A DNA stretch of 64,000 nucleotides. It comes from a virus. Taxonomy: Duplodnaviria > Caudoviricetes. Below the pieces are notes generated by a model. That model saw only the letters and a program-made list of their open reading frames with translations. It was not told where the DNA came from and did no database searches. The stretch is from the IMG/VR virus record IMGVR_UViG_3300020465_001196; one strand, written 5' to 3'. A program made the translations under genes and the position numbers. Positions 48,493 to 58,469 of this stretch are shown piece after piece; the stretch's first letter is position 1; the number at the start of each line of letters is the position of its first letter.

Positions 48493-49163
48493 ATGCCTGC
48501 CTTTTCTAATACATTTTCTACAAACCTAACATCTTGACTTGCCATTTGAAATTTTGCAGTCCAAAAGTCTGGATCAATGTATTCATTTACTAATGCAACT
48601 TGCTCTGCATTAAGTGATTGTAATAGTTTAACACCACTTTTGGAATTATACAAGATCCAAGGTGAAATTTTTCCACATCTAATACAATGTACTGCTCTAT
48701 TTGGTGTTATATGTTCTAAAAATAAATGAAATGGTTTTCCAGTTTCATCTTCCCAACGTTTCATTATTAATATTCCACGTTCTATTGCGTTTCTGGCCTC
48801 TTCTTTTCTACTATGTACTTTTACATAAGTTTCATATACTGAATCCAAATGCCATTTATCAATATTAACTGTATTTTTTATCAAATAATTTACATAATCA
48901 GTTGGATCAATAACATTTACGTCAACAAGATACCTTCCAAATTTTGTAAATGCTGTATAATAACGACTTTTTGCAAAATCATCATACGTTCTTTCATTTA
49001 CTGCCTGTGTCATTGTCTGTTTATAAAAATGTTGATAGGCTCTAAATGCTAATTGCACAAATCTTTCATCTTTTTGTTGGTATCTTCTTTTTGGTTCACA
49101 CATATGAACTGCCAATGTTGATTCTCTTGTGAATTTTGCATTACAATACTTGCATTCAAACAT
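48489..49163 (-). CDS. Zn-finger-containing phage protein
   Basis: ECKYCNAKF..ESTLAVHMC N-terminal C2H-C finger. Confidence 0.65.
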   Translation of the reverse strand: MFECKYCNAKFTRESTLAVHMCEPKRRYQQKDERFVQLAFRAYQHFYKQTMTQAVNERTYDDFAKSRYYTAFTKFGRYLVDVNVIDPTDYVNYLIKNTVNIDKWHLDSVYETYVKVHSRKEEARNAIERGILIMKRWEDETGKPFHLFLEHITPNRAVHCIRCGKISPWILYNSKSGVKLLQSLNAEQVALVNEYIDPDFWTAKFQMASQDVRFVENVLEKAGI

Positions 49164-49642
49164 TATTTTTTACCAAGCTCTTTAATTTCTTTATCTGTCC
49201 AACCTTGTTGCTGTGCTAATTTTTTTAAACTTGTTGTATCATTAACTAATTTTAACACTTCAATTTCATCACGTTTTGCTATTGGGTAGCATTCTGTTAA
49301 TAATCTATCTATTGCAGTTTTTTTACCTTTGCCTTTTGGTGCTTTTACCCATGGATGAAACATTTTCTTTTTAATACCTACTAATGATAACAACTTCCAA
49401 AATAACATTGAATCACCTTCATGCTTTTGTGTTAATCCAAATTGTTTATTAGCAAAATCATTTACAGCCAAAATATAATGTTCTTTAAATGCTTTTTGTC
49501 CTTGCACATTACTTGCAAATCTCATTGCTGTATATGGTGAAAAAGTTTTCTTTTCTTCACTATCTAAAGTTCCATACCACTTAGAATTAGCCATATCAAT
49601 GTTATATAACATTTGATTTAGGTTAATTTTCTTATCTGACAT
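49163..49642 (-). CDS. Probable clamp-loader small subunit (gp62-like)
   Basis: FSPYTAMRFAS...KKMFHPWVK...ECYP pattern; replication cluster; start MSDKK at 49642 (TAATG). Confidence 0.55.
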   Translation of the reverse strand: MSDKKINLNQMLYNIDMANSKWYGTLDSEEKKTFSPYTAMRFASNVQGQKAFKEHYILAVNDFANKQFGLTQKHEGDSMLFWKLLSLVGIKKKMFHPWVKAPKGKGKKTAIDRLLTECYPIAKRDEIEVLKLVNDTTSLKKLAQQQGWTDKEIKELGKK

Positions 49643-50142
49643 TATAGCAAGTCTCCTACTTGAATTTGATCTGGTATTTGGTTTAATTCTTTTGCAAAAA
49701 ATACGCAACTTGGCTTATTTCCTGCTTTTACTGGCATTGTTAATACGTGACCATTCTTAAGTTTTGGAAAATACCATTTTACTTCTTGAAATACATTTAC
49801 TATTTTAACTTCTTTAAACTCGTGTGTATAGCCTGAAAATGGATTATGTACAAATGCTTCAAATCCTCTATCATTTAAACTTGTAAGTGGAACCATTTCA
49901 CAAATACCAAGCTCTTTTTCACCAACCATTATACTCCAATCCATTGGCATTTCAATTTGTTGTCCACCAATATCAAGAATTACTGCTGGTGCGTTAAATG
50001 ATTCTAAAAATATTAATGGAATATAAAAATAATCTAATGCTTTTGGATTTGTACAATCTAAAACACAGTATTGTAAGTCATCAACTTCATTTGGTACTGC
50101 ATTTAAATCATATGTTACGTTTTCAACTGTTAATATGTTCAT
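49642..50142 (-). CDS. Conserved phage hypothetical protein downstream of uvsW
   Basis: 166 aa, beta-rich, ATGA coupling. Confidence 0.65.
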   Translation of the reverse strand: MNILTVENVTYDLNAVPNEVDDLQYCVLDCTNPKALDYFYIPLIFLESFNAPAVILDIGGQQIEMPMDWSIMVGEKELGICEMVPLTSLNDRGFEAFVHNPFSGYTHEFKEVKIVNVFQEVKWYFPKLKNGHVLTMPVKAGNKPSCVFFAKELNQIPDQIQVGDLL

Positions 50143-51593
50143 ATTGTTGCCTTTTCTATTGTAAAAGGATAGTTTGCTTCTTTATAAAATTTCTTTCTAG
50201 TAGTCAAATGCCGTTTTGAAAATTTACACGTTGACGTTATATCCCATATTTCTACATGATCTTTATCTTCTGCTTTACGTATACCTCTACCTATTGATTG
50301 TATAACTCTTACAAAAGATTTTCCTGGTTCTAATAATACCAAATTAAATATTCTTGGTAAATTAATACCTACTGCCGCTACACCATAGGTAGCAATAATA
50401 ACTTTATGTTGTTCTGTTGCAATACTATCGTATTCTTCTTCTCTATCTTCCATTTTTGTTCTACCTTGAACAAAAACTGACCCTACTATTAGTTCTTCCA
50501 ACAATTGTCCAGACTTAATTCTATCAACAAGTATTAAAGTATTTCCTTCTGCTCTAATTTTATCAATTAAATCTGATATAAACTCTAATCTTTGTGGATT
50601 AGTTACTAAATGTGTTTGCTCATTTGCATAATTACTAAATGCTTGAGTATCTTGTGTCTGTATAATGTTTACATGGCATTGTGCAAGTACTCCTTTGTCT
50701 TGCAATTCACTTGCTGACAATTTATTAATAACTTCTCCTAGACTTGCTTGTAATGATGCCATCTCATAATCTTCTTTTGGAATAGTACCTGTAAGTCCCC
50801 AACGTATAGGAACGTTAGCAAATGGACCCGTTAATAGTGTTTTAAGCACGTCTGCTTTAGCCTGATGTACTTCATCTACCATAATGCATACCACGTCTTG
50901 CAAAAAGTCACCTATGTTTACTTCTGCTTCAAACTTTTTAGTTTTTTTAAACATAACATTAAGACTTTGCCAAGTACAAATTGTATGCTTTTTATCAAAC
51001 TCTTTTCGCTCACCATAATATACACCAACATCTAATCCAAGTGTTTTGTAATCACTTTCTGTTTGTGATACTAATGATTTATTTGGAACAATAACAATTG
51101 ACCTACCATATGGTTGAACCAATTGAGATAGTGTTGCTGTTATAAGTGTTTTACCTGCCCCAGTTGCAATTTCTTGCAAACATTGTGGTTGTTCTAAAAA
51201 TTTATTAATTGTTTCTACTTGATAATCTCTTAAAACAATTGGCTGTCCAGCCAGTGGATGTTTTGGTCCCCAAGTTTTATCAAAATGTAAACTTTCGTCA
51301 ATTAATTGAAACTGAAAATCATGTGGTGTTCTATTATCTTCAATATCAACTTCATAATCTTGTTCTTCAATAATTGGTAACACTTTATCAAGCAAATTTA
51401 AATATGTTCTTCCTCCAATATCACAAAAACGAATATTACCATCCCATCTACCTAACTTATATGCTGGTAAATGATATGCATATGGTAAAAAGTATTTTAG
51501 TTTATCAGAAATTTTACGTCTAGTAATAACATCCAGGCCTTCAAATCTGACATTCACTTCATCTTTAATAATTAATTTTGTAATCTTAGACAT
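50139..51593 (-). CDS. uvsW: SF2 DNA helicase UvsW-like
   Basis: EIATGAGKT, MVDEVH, GLTGT, QSIGRGIR; leaderless promoter TTGCAT-17-TATTAT (51628-51600). Confidence 0.92.
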   Translation of the reverse strand: MSKITKLIIKDEVNVRFEGLDVITRRKISDKLKYFLPYAYHLPAYKLGRWDGNIRFCDIGGRTYLNLLDKVLPIIEEQDYEVDIEDNRTPHDFQFQLIDESLHFDKTWGPKHPLAGQPIVLRDYQVETINKFLEQPQCLQEIATGAGKTLITATLSQLVQPYGRSIVIVPNKSLVSQTESDYKTLGLDVGVYYGERKEFDKKHTICTWQSLNVMFKKTKKFEAEVNIGDFLQDVVCIMVDEVHQAKADVLKTLLTGPFANVPIRWGLTGTIPKEDYEMASLQASLGEVINKLSASELQDKGVLAQCHVNIIQTQDTQAFSNYANEQTHLVTNPQRLEFISDLIDKIRAEGNTLILVDRIKSGQLLEELIVGSVFVQGRTKMEDREEEYDSIATEQHKVIIATYGVAAVGINLPRIFNLVLLEPGKSFVRVIQSIGRGIRKAEDKDHVEIWDITSTCKFSKRHLTTRKKFYKEANYPFTIEKATI

Positions 51594-51629
51594 ATCTATA
51601 TAATAACTTATTTGTTGTTGAAATGCAAC

Positions 51630-52244
51630 TTAATTTATAATCTGGCCTTTATTATCTACAGGTAAACCTTGATAATAGCCTTGCTTATGAATTAAAAGAA
51701 TAATTTGTTTTAATCTAGAAGTGTATTGTTCTCCAAGTTCTGACCAGGCAACTAAAAATTGTGCTAATATAGAAGCATTTGTATAACCGTATCTGTTTAA
51801 TTCTAAACTTCTCTGCTTTCTAAATTCTTCATATGCAGGATGATTATTTAAAATTTGAATATAATCAACTATACAAGTACAATATGTTTCATATTTTCGA
51901 ACTCCCCAATCAGCATTTGGCCTTTGCTTTGCTTTCATTTGAGGAATTAATGGATCCCATGTTCTAATTCCAAATAAATTATTTCCTTCAACTGCAAATC
52001 TACTTGTTCCCCATGCACTTTCATATGCCGCCATCGCAACAATTAAATCAAATGGTATTTGTTTTTCTAAAGGATACGTGTTTGGGTGTTCTGCATACAG
52101 CATCTTAACACATGAAAATATTTTTAGAACAAAATCTTCATTATTTTGTACTGTAAATGCATCAATCTGTTTAATATCATTACCACTTGTTGTTGTTGGT
52201 AATAATAACACTGAAATTATAAGCAATACTTTAATAAATCTCAT
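51630..52244 (-). CDS. Glucosaminidase-domain (Bax-like) peptidoglycan hydrolase with signal peptide
   Basis: AMAAYESAWGTSRFAVEGNNLFGIRTW, LNNHPAYEEFR; hydrophobic N-terminus. Confidence 0.85.
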   Translation of the reverse strand: MRFIKVLLIISVLLLPTTTSGNDIKQIDAFTVQNNEDFVLKIFSCVKMLYAEHPNTYPLEKQIPFDLIVAMAAYESAWGTSRFAVEGNNLFGIRTWDPLIPQMKAKQRPNADWGVRKYETYCTCIVDYIQILNNHPAYEEFRKQRSLELNRYGYTNASILAQFLVAWSELGEQYTSRLKQIILLIHKQGYYQGLPVDNKGQIIN

Positions 52245-52300
52245 AGTATACTATAGCATATTTATAAGTTTTGTCAATAGTTTTTAGCATAAATAAAAGT

Positions 52301-52513
52301 ATGAAACTTATTGATATTATCGGAGAATGGAAGGGGCCAGTTCCTAGTTCTGTATGCAGAAGTAACAAAAAATTGGGTGCTTCTGATGAATCTAGTTGTA
52401 AAGCACAAGGTCATCGTGCTAGAGAAACTGATAAAAAGTTCAAAGGTAAATCTTTAAGAGGTAAGAAAGTACGTTCAGTACACTATGGTGGTCCACTTAA
52501 AGACTACTCTTAA
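52301..52513 (+). CDS. Small basic protein
   Basis: MKLIDIIGE...; ATG 5 nt after CATAAATA (52288-52295). Confidence 0.6.
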   Translation: MKLIDIIGEWKGPVPSSVCRSNKKLGASDESSCKAQGHRARETDKKFKGKSLRGKKVRSVHYGGPLKDYS

Positions 52514-52712
52514 GTTTTTCAATTTCAGTATTCAATTCCATAATTCTATGATATAAAGAATACTTTTCTTTTACTTCTTCTTTTATTTGTCTTTTAAGGC
52601 CTTGTATAATATCTTCTTTGGCTAAAAGTGACCTACGCATTTGTTCCATAGGATCGTCTTCGTGATTTTTCCAACCACTATCTTGTGTTTTTACTGTAGA
52701 GTTCTGCGTCAT
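52497..52712 (-). CDS. Hypothetical coiled-coil protein
   Basis: 71 aa. Confidence 0.5.
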   Translation of the reverse strand: MTQNSTVKTQDSGWKNHEDDPMEQMRRSLLAKEDIIQGLKRQIKEEVKEKYSLYHRIMELNTEIEKLKSSL

Positions 52713-53154
52713 CTAATCCTGCTACCCTTAATTTAACAATGTTGTTGATTTGAAATTGCTTGGCATCAATTGCTTTTAACAAGCCAAGATACTTATTACG
52801 TACAAGAGCGAATTCATTAATAAGTTGACTCATAACAACAACTTCGTCTTCTCCATCAATATATTTTTCAGCATCTCTTGATGTTAAAGCTCGTTGATAT
52901 GCTTCTAAGAACTTTTTATAATGTCTTGCTCTTGTCTTACGTAATTCTATATTAAGATGTTCTAGTATTGCTTCAATTTCTTGCAATTGATTAAACCTAT
53001 GCTCAACTACACCAGGTATATGTGAAGCATTACGTTCGATGTTTCCTACTAACCCTGCTTCTACTCTAGCCTCGTCTAATTGTTTCATATAGTAATCAAT
53101 ACATTCAGGTAACTTACCTAAATCTTTTGAAACTAAACCATACCAGTTAATCAT
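52678..53154 (-). CDS. uvsY: Recombination mediator UvsY-like
   Basis: Helical; KYIDGEDEV, GLLKAIDAKQFQINNIVKLRVAG; adjacent to uvsX. Confidence 0.75.
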   Translation of the reverse strand: MINWYGLVSKDLGKLPECIDYYMKQLDEARVEAGLVGNIERNASHIPGVVEHRFNQLQEIEAILEHLNIELRKTRARHYKKFLEAYQRALTSRDAEKYIDGEDEVVVMSQLINEFALVRNKYLGLLKAIDAKQFQINNIVKLRVAGLDDAELYSKNTR

Positions 53155-53396
53155 TAATAATCCTCATTTTCATCTTCGCTATATGGATCATCTTCTTCCA
53201 TTTCTCCAAAGACTTCATTATATGCTTCATGTAAATGACTAGATGAAGAAAAAACTTCTCTCCAATCTTGTTCATCTGCCCCATACTCGTCAATAATATT
53301 GACATAGGCAACTGCCGCATCAAGTCTATCTTTTGCTGGAACATAATTTTTTAATTTATTCCATGCTTCAATTAGTACTTGAATTTCTTCTGTCAT
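53154..53396 (-). CDS. Hypothetical protein
   Basis: 80 aa acidic, TAATG coupling on both sides. Confidence 0.65.
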   Translation of the reverse strand: MTEEIQVLIEAWNKLKNYVPAKDRLDAAVAYVNIIDEYGADEQDWREVFSSSSHLHEAYNEVFGEMEEDDPYSEDENEDY

Positions 53397-54457
53397 TACG
53401 CCTCCGCCTCAGCAGGTTCTTGTGCTTCAACTTCATGTGCATTCCATTCAGCCATAACCATATCAAGAGTTTCACCTGTCCAATCTTTTCTATAGTGTTT
53501 ATGTTCTTTACCTAAACGGTCAACATACTTTAATCTATTGCCGTCTTTAACAAGTAAACCTTTTTTCTCACATAAATCAACAAGTCCACTATATGGATCC
53601 ATTCCTGATTCATATGGAATTTTAACTTGTACTGCTTCAAAAGGTTTTGCAAATCTAGTTTTCATAACCTTAACAGCAGATCTAATTCCAGTAACATTTG
53701 ATATTTTATTACCTGCTTCATCTTCTTTAAGTTTTAGTTTTTTCATTGCGATCACAATTGAACTTGCATATACAAATCCTTGTCCACCTGATATTTTATC
53801 ATCTGGATCAAACATATCTTGTGATGCGTATGTGTGGTTAGTTGCTACTAATCCAATGTTTAACTCTGCAAACATATTAACACAATTTCTTACAAGTGCT
53901 GTTAAGGCTTTAGGTTTTCTACCCATATCACCTTTCATATCACCCTTCATAAATTGATCTCTGTCTGTTGGTGTTAGTAACATACCTAATGAATCTATAA
54001 CAAACATAACTTTTGGTCTTTCACTTACATCTAAAGATCCATAGTCTGCTCTATATGTTGTTACAAAATCTGATATTGTTTTTGCTACATCATCAATCAT
54101 TGCAACATTAATACGCATTAACTTATCTGGTGATGTATCAACTTCCAATGCTTGTAGCCAACTTTCATCTAATGCATTTTCAGAATCAAATACAATACAA
54201 AATATTCCTTGCTTCTGTGCATTTTTAATAATATTACCAGATGCAATCAAACTCTTACCAGAACCTGATTCTCCTGCTAACATTGTTACTCTACCTAGTG
54301 GTATTCCTTTATTAAAATCTCCACTAATCAAATAGTTTAGACAGTAGTTTCCTGTGTCTACCCAATCAACTGGATCAGATTCAAAGCCAACAGAAATTCC
54401 ACCAATGCTTTTAGTTACTGACTTTCTAAACTTACTAACGTCAAATGGTCTTACCAT
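53396..54457 (-). CDS. uvsX: RecA-like recombinase UvsX
   Basis: LAGESGSGKS, FDSENAL, VIDSLG, TNHTY, SGGQG; start MVRPF at 54457 after AGGAG. Confidence 0.95.
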   Translation of the reverse strand: MVRPFDVSKFRKSVTKSIGGISVGFESDPVDWVDTGNYCLNYLISGDFNKGIPLGRVTMLAGESGSGKSLIASGNIIKNAQKQGIFCIVFDSENALDESWLQALEVDTSPDKLMRINVAMIDDVAKTISDFVTTYRADYGSLDVSERPKVMFVIDSLGMLLTPTDRDQFMKGDMKGDMGRKPKALTALVRNCVNMFAELNIGLVATNHTYASQDMFDPDDKISGGQGFVYASSIVIAMKKLKLKEDEAGNKISNVTGIRSAVKVMKTRFAKPFEAVQVKIPYESGMDPYSGLVDLCEKKGLLVKDGNRLKYVDRLGKEHKHYRKDWTGETLDMVMAEWNAHEVEAQEPAEAEA

Positions 54458-54474
54458 AAATTTCTCCTTGTTAA

Positions 54475-54502
54475 TATAGTGCATAGTTGCCTATGCACTA
54501 TA
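54475..54502 (-). promoter_or_regulatory. Perfect 12-bp hairpin with GCAA tetraloop between gp32 and uvsX
   Basis: TATAGTGCATAG (54475-54486) / CTATGCACTATA (54491-54502); no U-tract. Confidence 0.7.
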
Positions 54503-54511
54503 CATTTTGAT

Positions 54512-55525
54512 TTATTTGTTTTGTCTTGATCTAATCATTGCTAAAATATCTTCAGCTGATGCTTTAGAACCATCTGTTGCTGTTGCAGTTGCAGTTGCCA
54601 CTTCTGGCTGTGCCACTGGTGCAGTTGCAGTTTCAACAACTGGTGCCGCAGGTGCTACTGGAGCCACTGGTGCTGTTTCAACAACTGGTGCCGCTGGCGC
54701 CGTTGTTGTAGTTGTTGTACTTGTAGTTTTTGGTGATGATGCCATTCCATTTGGTCTATAATGTTGACCAAATCTACTTTCATCATATAATTCACCATCT
54801 ACAGATGCTTTAAACATTTCTGCGATAATTTTAACATCTTCCGCAGAAGGTTTCTTAGGAAGATAATCACCAAGATTGTATAATCCATTAGTGTTAACTG
54901 CTTGACGTTCACTATCTTGTAATGCTCTTTCTTTGAAAGACCAAGATGATGTTGAATAATCAGCATAACCACCTTTAGTTGTTTTAGTTAATTTAAACTC
55001 TCTACCTTTATCTAAATCAGTTGGAAGATCTTCCATTTCTGGATTCATCAATGCTGATCTAATAATGTTAAAGATAGACGGATTAATTACAAAACGTCTA
55101 ATTGGATTTTCTGGAGTTGTATCTTCATCTAATGGAGAGTTTACAACGAAACCTTGGAAAATGTAACTTCTTTTTTTCCAATATTTTCTACCCATATCTT
55201 CCAATTGTGGATCTTTAAACCATGGACGAATTTCACTTAATACTGGACATGGTTCTCCCCACATCTCCATACAAGGAACTTGTACAATAGTTGGTTTAGC
55301 TTCTGACTGACCTTTAATACCAGCAAATGGTAATTTGATCATTTGTCTTTCAACCCAAAAGAAAGTATTGTTTGGATCTTTGTCTGCTAAAAATCTTAGT
55401 GTTGCTGTTGTGCCTTCAGGAATATTCCAGAACGGATAAATTGCGTTGTCGCCTCCTGAACTATTTGGTGAACGTTTTACTTCTTGTTCTTGAAGTTTTG
55501 CTCTAATTTGTGCTAGTGTTGCCAT
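54512..55525 (-). CDS. Single-stranded DNA-binding protein (gp32-like)
   Basis: IYPFWN, LRFLADKD, CMEMWGEPCPV, YWKKRSY, GYADYSTS; A/T/P linker and conserved C-terminal helix. Confidence 0.9.
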   Translation of the reverse strand: MATLAQIRAKLQEQEVKRSPNSSGGDNAIYPFWNIPEGTTATLRFLADKDPNNTFFWVERQMIKLPFAGIKGQSEAKPTIVQVPCMEMWGEPCPVLSEIRPWFKDPQLEDMGRKYWKKRSYIFQGFVVNSPLDEDTTPENPIRRFVINPSIFNIIRSALMNPEMEDLPTDLDKGREFKLTKTTKGGYADYSTSSWSFKERALQDSERQAVNTNGLYNLGDYLPKKPSAEDVKIIAEMFKASVDGELYDESRFGQHYRPNGMASSPKTTSTTTTTTAPAAPVVETAPVAPVAPAAPVVETATAPVAQPEVATATATATDGSKASAEDILAMIRSRQNK

Positions 55526-55530
55526 AATGT

Positions 55531-55570
55531 TTTCTCCTATATTAGCCTATGTTAGCCTATGTTTGCCTAA
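55531..55570 (-). repeat. Four about 10-nt tandem units in the SSB leader
   Basis: TTAGGCAAAC ATAGGCTAAC ATAGGCTAAT ATAGGAGAAA, last unit contains the SD. Confidence 0.8.
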
Positions 55571-55602
55571 ATTAAATAATGTTCTATTTAACATTATCTA
55601 CT

Positions 55603-55631
55603 ATTATATTTATTCTTTTTGGTTTTGTCAA
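55603..55631 (-). promoter_or_regulatory. Perfect consensus sigma70 promoter TTGACA-17-TATAAT for SSB/uvsX operon
   Basis: -35 at 55626-55631, -10 at 55603-55608. Confidence 0.9.
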
Positions 55632-55642
55632 GTGGTTTTTTG

Positions 55643-55679
55643 AAGAAAAAGAACCATAGCTTTTGGCCTTAGGTTCTTT
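55643..55679 (-). terminator. Intrinsic terminator
   Basis: AAAGAACC / GGTTCTTT stem followed by a T-rich tail on the minus strand, after the 55695-57839 gene. Confidence 0.65.
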
Positions 55680-55694
55680 ATGGGAGGATGTATA

Positions 55695-57839
55695 TTAAAG
55701 ACCTGCTAGATCTTTAATTCTTTTAATATCTTCTGGAGTTTCTGTTTCTTCAGAAGTTTCATTTAAATTGAAACCGGCTTTATCTAAAGCGTCAACAGTA
55801 GCATCTCTATCTGCCATTGTATGAATAACTACGCCACCCTGTCTTGCTTCGTCTGGCTCGCATTGTGATTTGATTCCAGCTTTCATCAATGCAAGTTCAA
55901 TGTCACCACAATCTTTATCGCTTATGCCTCTATCTTGATCCCAATCACCATCTAATGATACTTGGTGTGCGTGTGCTTCTGATTGTCCTTCATGTCCACT
56001 TGCTTCTGTAGTGTCTTCAGTTTTTTCATTTGCTAGTTCGTCAGCAATAGCATTTAACCAACTTGGCTCTGATGGATGTCTGTCGCCATCTGATACATCA
56101 GCATAACCAATTCCGTCAGCTTCTTTTCTTAACATTGCAATAATTTCTTCTTTTGATTTTCCTGCGTATAAACTTTTAGGATCTTGAATATCACTCATTA
56201 CTGCATCTTTGTATTCTTCATAATCATGTAAATCTGCAAATCTTTCTGAATCTAAATCTGCTTGAGTCATTGGCTCTTCTTGCATACCTCTGTATGCTTT
56301 CCATTCTTTTGAAAACTTAACGTGTTGGTCACCACTAATTCCTAATGCACCTCTTTCGATGCCTTTAACTTGTTTTAACCATTTATCGTAACTTAATTGT
56401 CTGTTTACATCTTTACCAATGTAAGACATTACATTTTTAAATGCTCTATCTACTGAACCATCTTTTTTTACTGCTGGTTCACCTTCTGCAAATGAATCGT
56501 CTGTACCAAAATCTTTTACTGCTTCTTCTATTTCGTCAACTACATTTGGAACAGTTTCTTCATTTGGTGTAACATCTTTCATTTTTGACATAGCAATAAT
56601 TTGTTTTGCTAAATCCATTTCTTGTCTTGTTGGTCTTGGTTCATATTTGCTTCTATGCATATGACCAACTTTATCAGAAAGTCTTGAAAGGAAAACACTC
56701 ATTTCATCGTCTTTAATTTTGCCTGCCATGTCTGCTAGTTTAAAAGATATTGCACTTGCGTTATCTTTAAATGCACCAACTTGTTCTGGATCATAATCTG
56801 TTTTTGCAGGAGATAATAATTCAACTGGTTCACCTGATTGTAATTTTTGTGAAATTCTTTGCATCATTGCGTCTGTTGAATTGTCTTGCTCTGCTTTTGC
56901 TTCATCCATAATTGATTGTAATAATGGAAGTACGTCACTAATTTTTTCATCAAATTTAGTAACTGTAAATTTGTTTTTTAAATCTTCTAATGCTTCAATG
57001 CTGTAATCTGATGCTTCAGCTTTTTTATAACTTTCAACAAAATCTGTATAACCACCTGCTGTTGTTAATTTATGAATTTGTGATTTTACATTAATAATTT
57101 TGTTATCTACTAACGGTAAAATATCTGCCGCTTGTTCTTGTACTTGGCTAAAACGTCTTGCATATTTTGTAACTTCTTTTAATTTTGCTAATGTTCCTGA
57201 TAACTCAACAATTGCTTCACCTACTTCGTCATGTGGTTTACCACCTGCGTGTACGTGTCTTGCCATTGCTCTAGCACCATTTAAATGAATGTGTGGATAT
57301 TTAAATCTTTCACCTTCTGAAGTTTCAATAAAAATACCTTGAATATTTCTTGATCTAGCACCTCTGCTAGTTTCGTCAACTGCTTTATTGTGTCTTACGA
57401 TCACTTTTACACCCTCAAGTTTTTGTTCACTTGTTTTTGTTGACCCTTGTAACGGTGTATATCCTTCTGTTGTAACGTCTGCCATTTGTGTACCTTTATT
57501 CTGTTCAACCTTCCAAGCATAATTTTTTGGCTTTAATTCTTTACCAAACTGCCTATGGTCAAAATCAAGCATATAACCTTTTGCTAAATGCTTTATGTTA
57601 TTTATAATACTTTTTAAATTTGTAGCCACATTATCGTTAGTACCCTCGTGAAACTTAATTTCGCCAGTTTCATCGTCAATATTAACCATATAATTTGGGT
57701 TTTTTACATAAAAATAACGTGATTTTGATGGATCTACAGTTTCATCACCAGTAGTTGAGTCATACATTTTTACATCATGCCCACTACCTTTGATAACTTT
57801 AAAAACTTTATCTGAAACTATGTCAAAATTTACTGCCAT
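55695..57839 (-). CDS. Large acidic protein, probable virion/head component
   Basis: 714 aa near terminase; GATAAATA 5 nt before ATG; no catalytic motif recognised. Confidence 0.6.
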   Translation of the reverse strand: MAVNFDIVSDKVFKVIKGSGHDVKMYDSTTGDETVDPSKSRYFYVKNPNYMVNIDDETGEIKFHEGTNDNVATNLKSIINNIKHLAKGYMLDFDHRQFGKELKPKNYAWKVEQNKGTQMADVTTEGYTPLQGSTKTSEQKLEGVKVIVRHNKAVDETSRGARSRNIQGIFIETSEGERFKYPHIHLNGARAMARHVHAGGKPHDEVGEAIVELSGTLAKLKEVTKYARRFSQVQEQAADILPLVDNKIINVKSQIHKLTTAGGYTDFVESYKKAEASDYSIEALEDLKNKFTVTKFDEKISDVLPLLQSIMDEAKAEQDNSTDAMMQRISQKLQSGEPVELLSPAKTDYDPEQVGAFKDNASAISFKLADMAGKIKDDEMSVFLSRLSDKVGHMHRSKYEPRPTRQEMDLAKQIIAMSKMKDVTPNEETVPNVVDEIEEAVKDFGTDDSFAEGEPAVKKDGSVDRAFKNVMSYIGKDVNRQLSYDKWLKQVKGIERGALGISGDQHVKFSKEWKAYRGMQEEPMTQADLDSERFADLHDYEEYKDAVMSDIQDPKSLYAGKSKEEIIAMLRKEADGIGYADVSDGDRHPSEPSWLNAIADELANEKTEDTTEASGHEGQSEAHAHQVSLDGDWDQDRGISDKDCGDIELALMKAGIKSQCEPDEARQGGVVIHTMADRDATVDALDKAGFNLNETSEETETPEDIKRIKDLAGL

Positions 57840-57858
57840 ACTAATATTTATCCTTTAA

Positions 57859-58467
57859 TTACCAATATATTCTTCCCATGTGACTTACCCTATTAAACTG
57901 GGTATTTTGCTCAGGAACAGAGTGGTAACTTTTATTGGTATTTATATAAGCAAAAAATGTTCCAGGATAACAAGGAATTTGCTTTATTTTTTCCCATCCA
58001 TTTATATCATCATCCCATCCACCATGTAACCAAACACCACTTTGTGGATATTGATCAGTATCAGGCAAGTATAATTGCCAAGTTAAACAATTTCTATAAT
58101 CTGTGTTCATTTTTTTATTAGTGTTAGGAAGACAATGCATATCTGTATGTGCTGGTAAACTTGCTCCTTGTGTATGCCACGTATTTGTTTGAGTTGCTAG
58201 ATAGTTAATTGGTAATATATGTTCAAATTTTTCTACAATTACTTTACAAAAATTTTCACTATTAAAATATTCAAAGTTTTCTATGTTATGTGCAACTTTA
58301 ACAAAGCCTTTCATATCAGGATGTTCATCATGTTTCCAATCAAAATTACTTTGCAATTTTTTACTTAATGTAATTGCATTTTCAGTACTAATATAATTTT
58401 CAATTATAATATGATCCCATGGATCTTTTTCAACCTTTGTATTTTTTAACGTATCTAAACTAAACAT
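57859..58467 (-). CDS. 2OG-Fe(II) oxygenase-like protein
   Basis: PWDHIIIENY, LPAHTD (HxD), LTWQLYL, SYHSV, NRVS. Confidence 0.75.
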   Translation of the reverse strand: MFSLDTLKNTKVEKDPWDHIIIENYISTENAITLSKKLQSNFDWKHDEHPDMKGFVKVAHNIENFEYFNSENFCKVIVEKFEHILPINYLATQTNTWHTQGASLPAHTDMHCLPNTNKKMNTDYRNCLTWQLYLPDTDQYPQSGVWLHGGWDDDINGWEKIKQIPCYPGTFFAYINTNKSYHSVPEQNTQFNRVSHMGRIYW

Positions 58468-58469
58468 TT

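Noticed and set aside
1354-53344. Alternative-frame minus-strand ORFs (1354-1557, 30775-31086, 34473-34685, 35192-35395, 53147-53344)
   Set aside because: Fully nested in other frames of better-supported genes with no motifs
54560-54740. GC-rich repetitive stretch (GCA/GCC/ACT repeats)
   Set aside because: Encodes the Ala/Pro/Thr linker of the SSB; not a separate element
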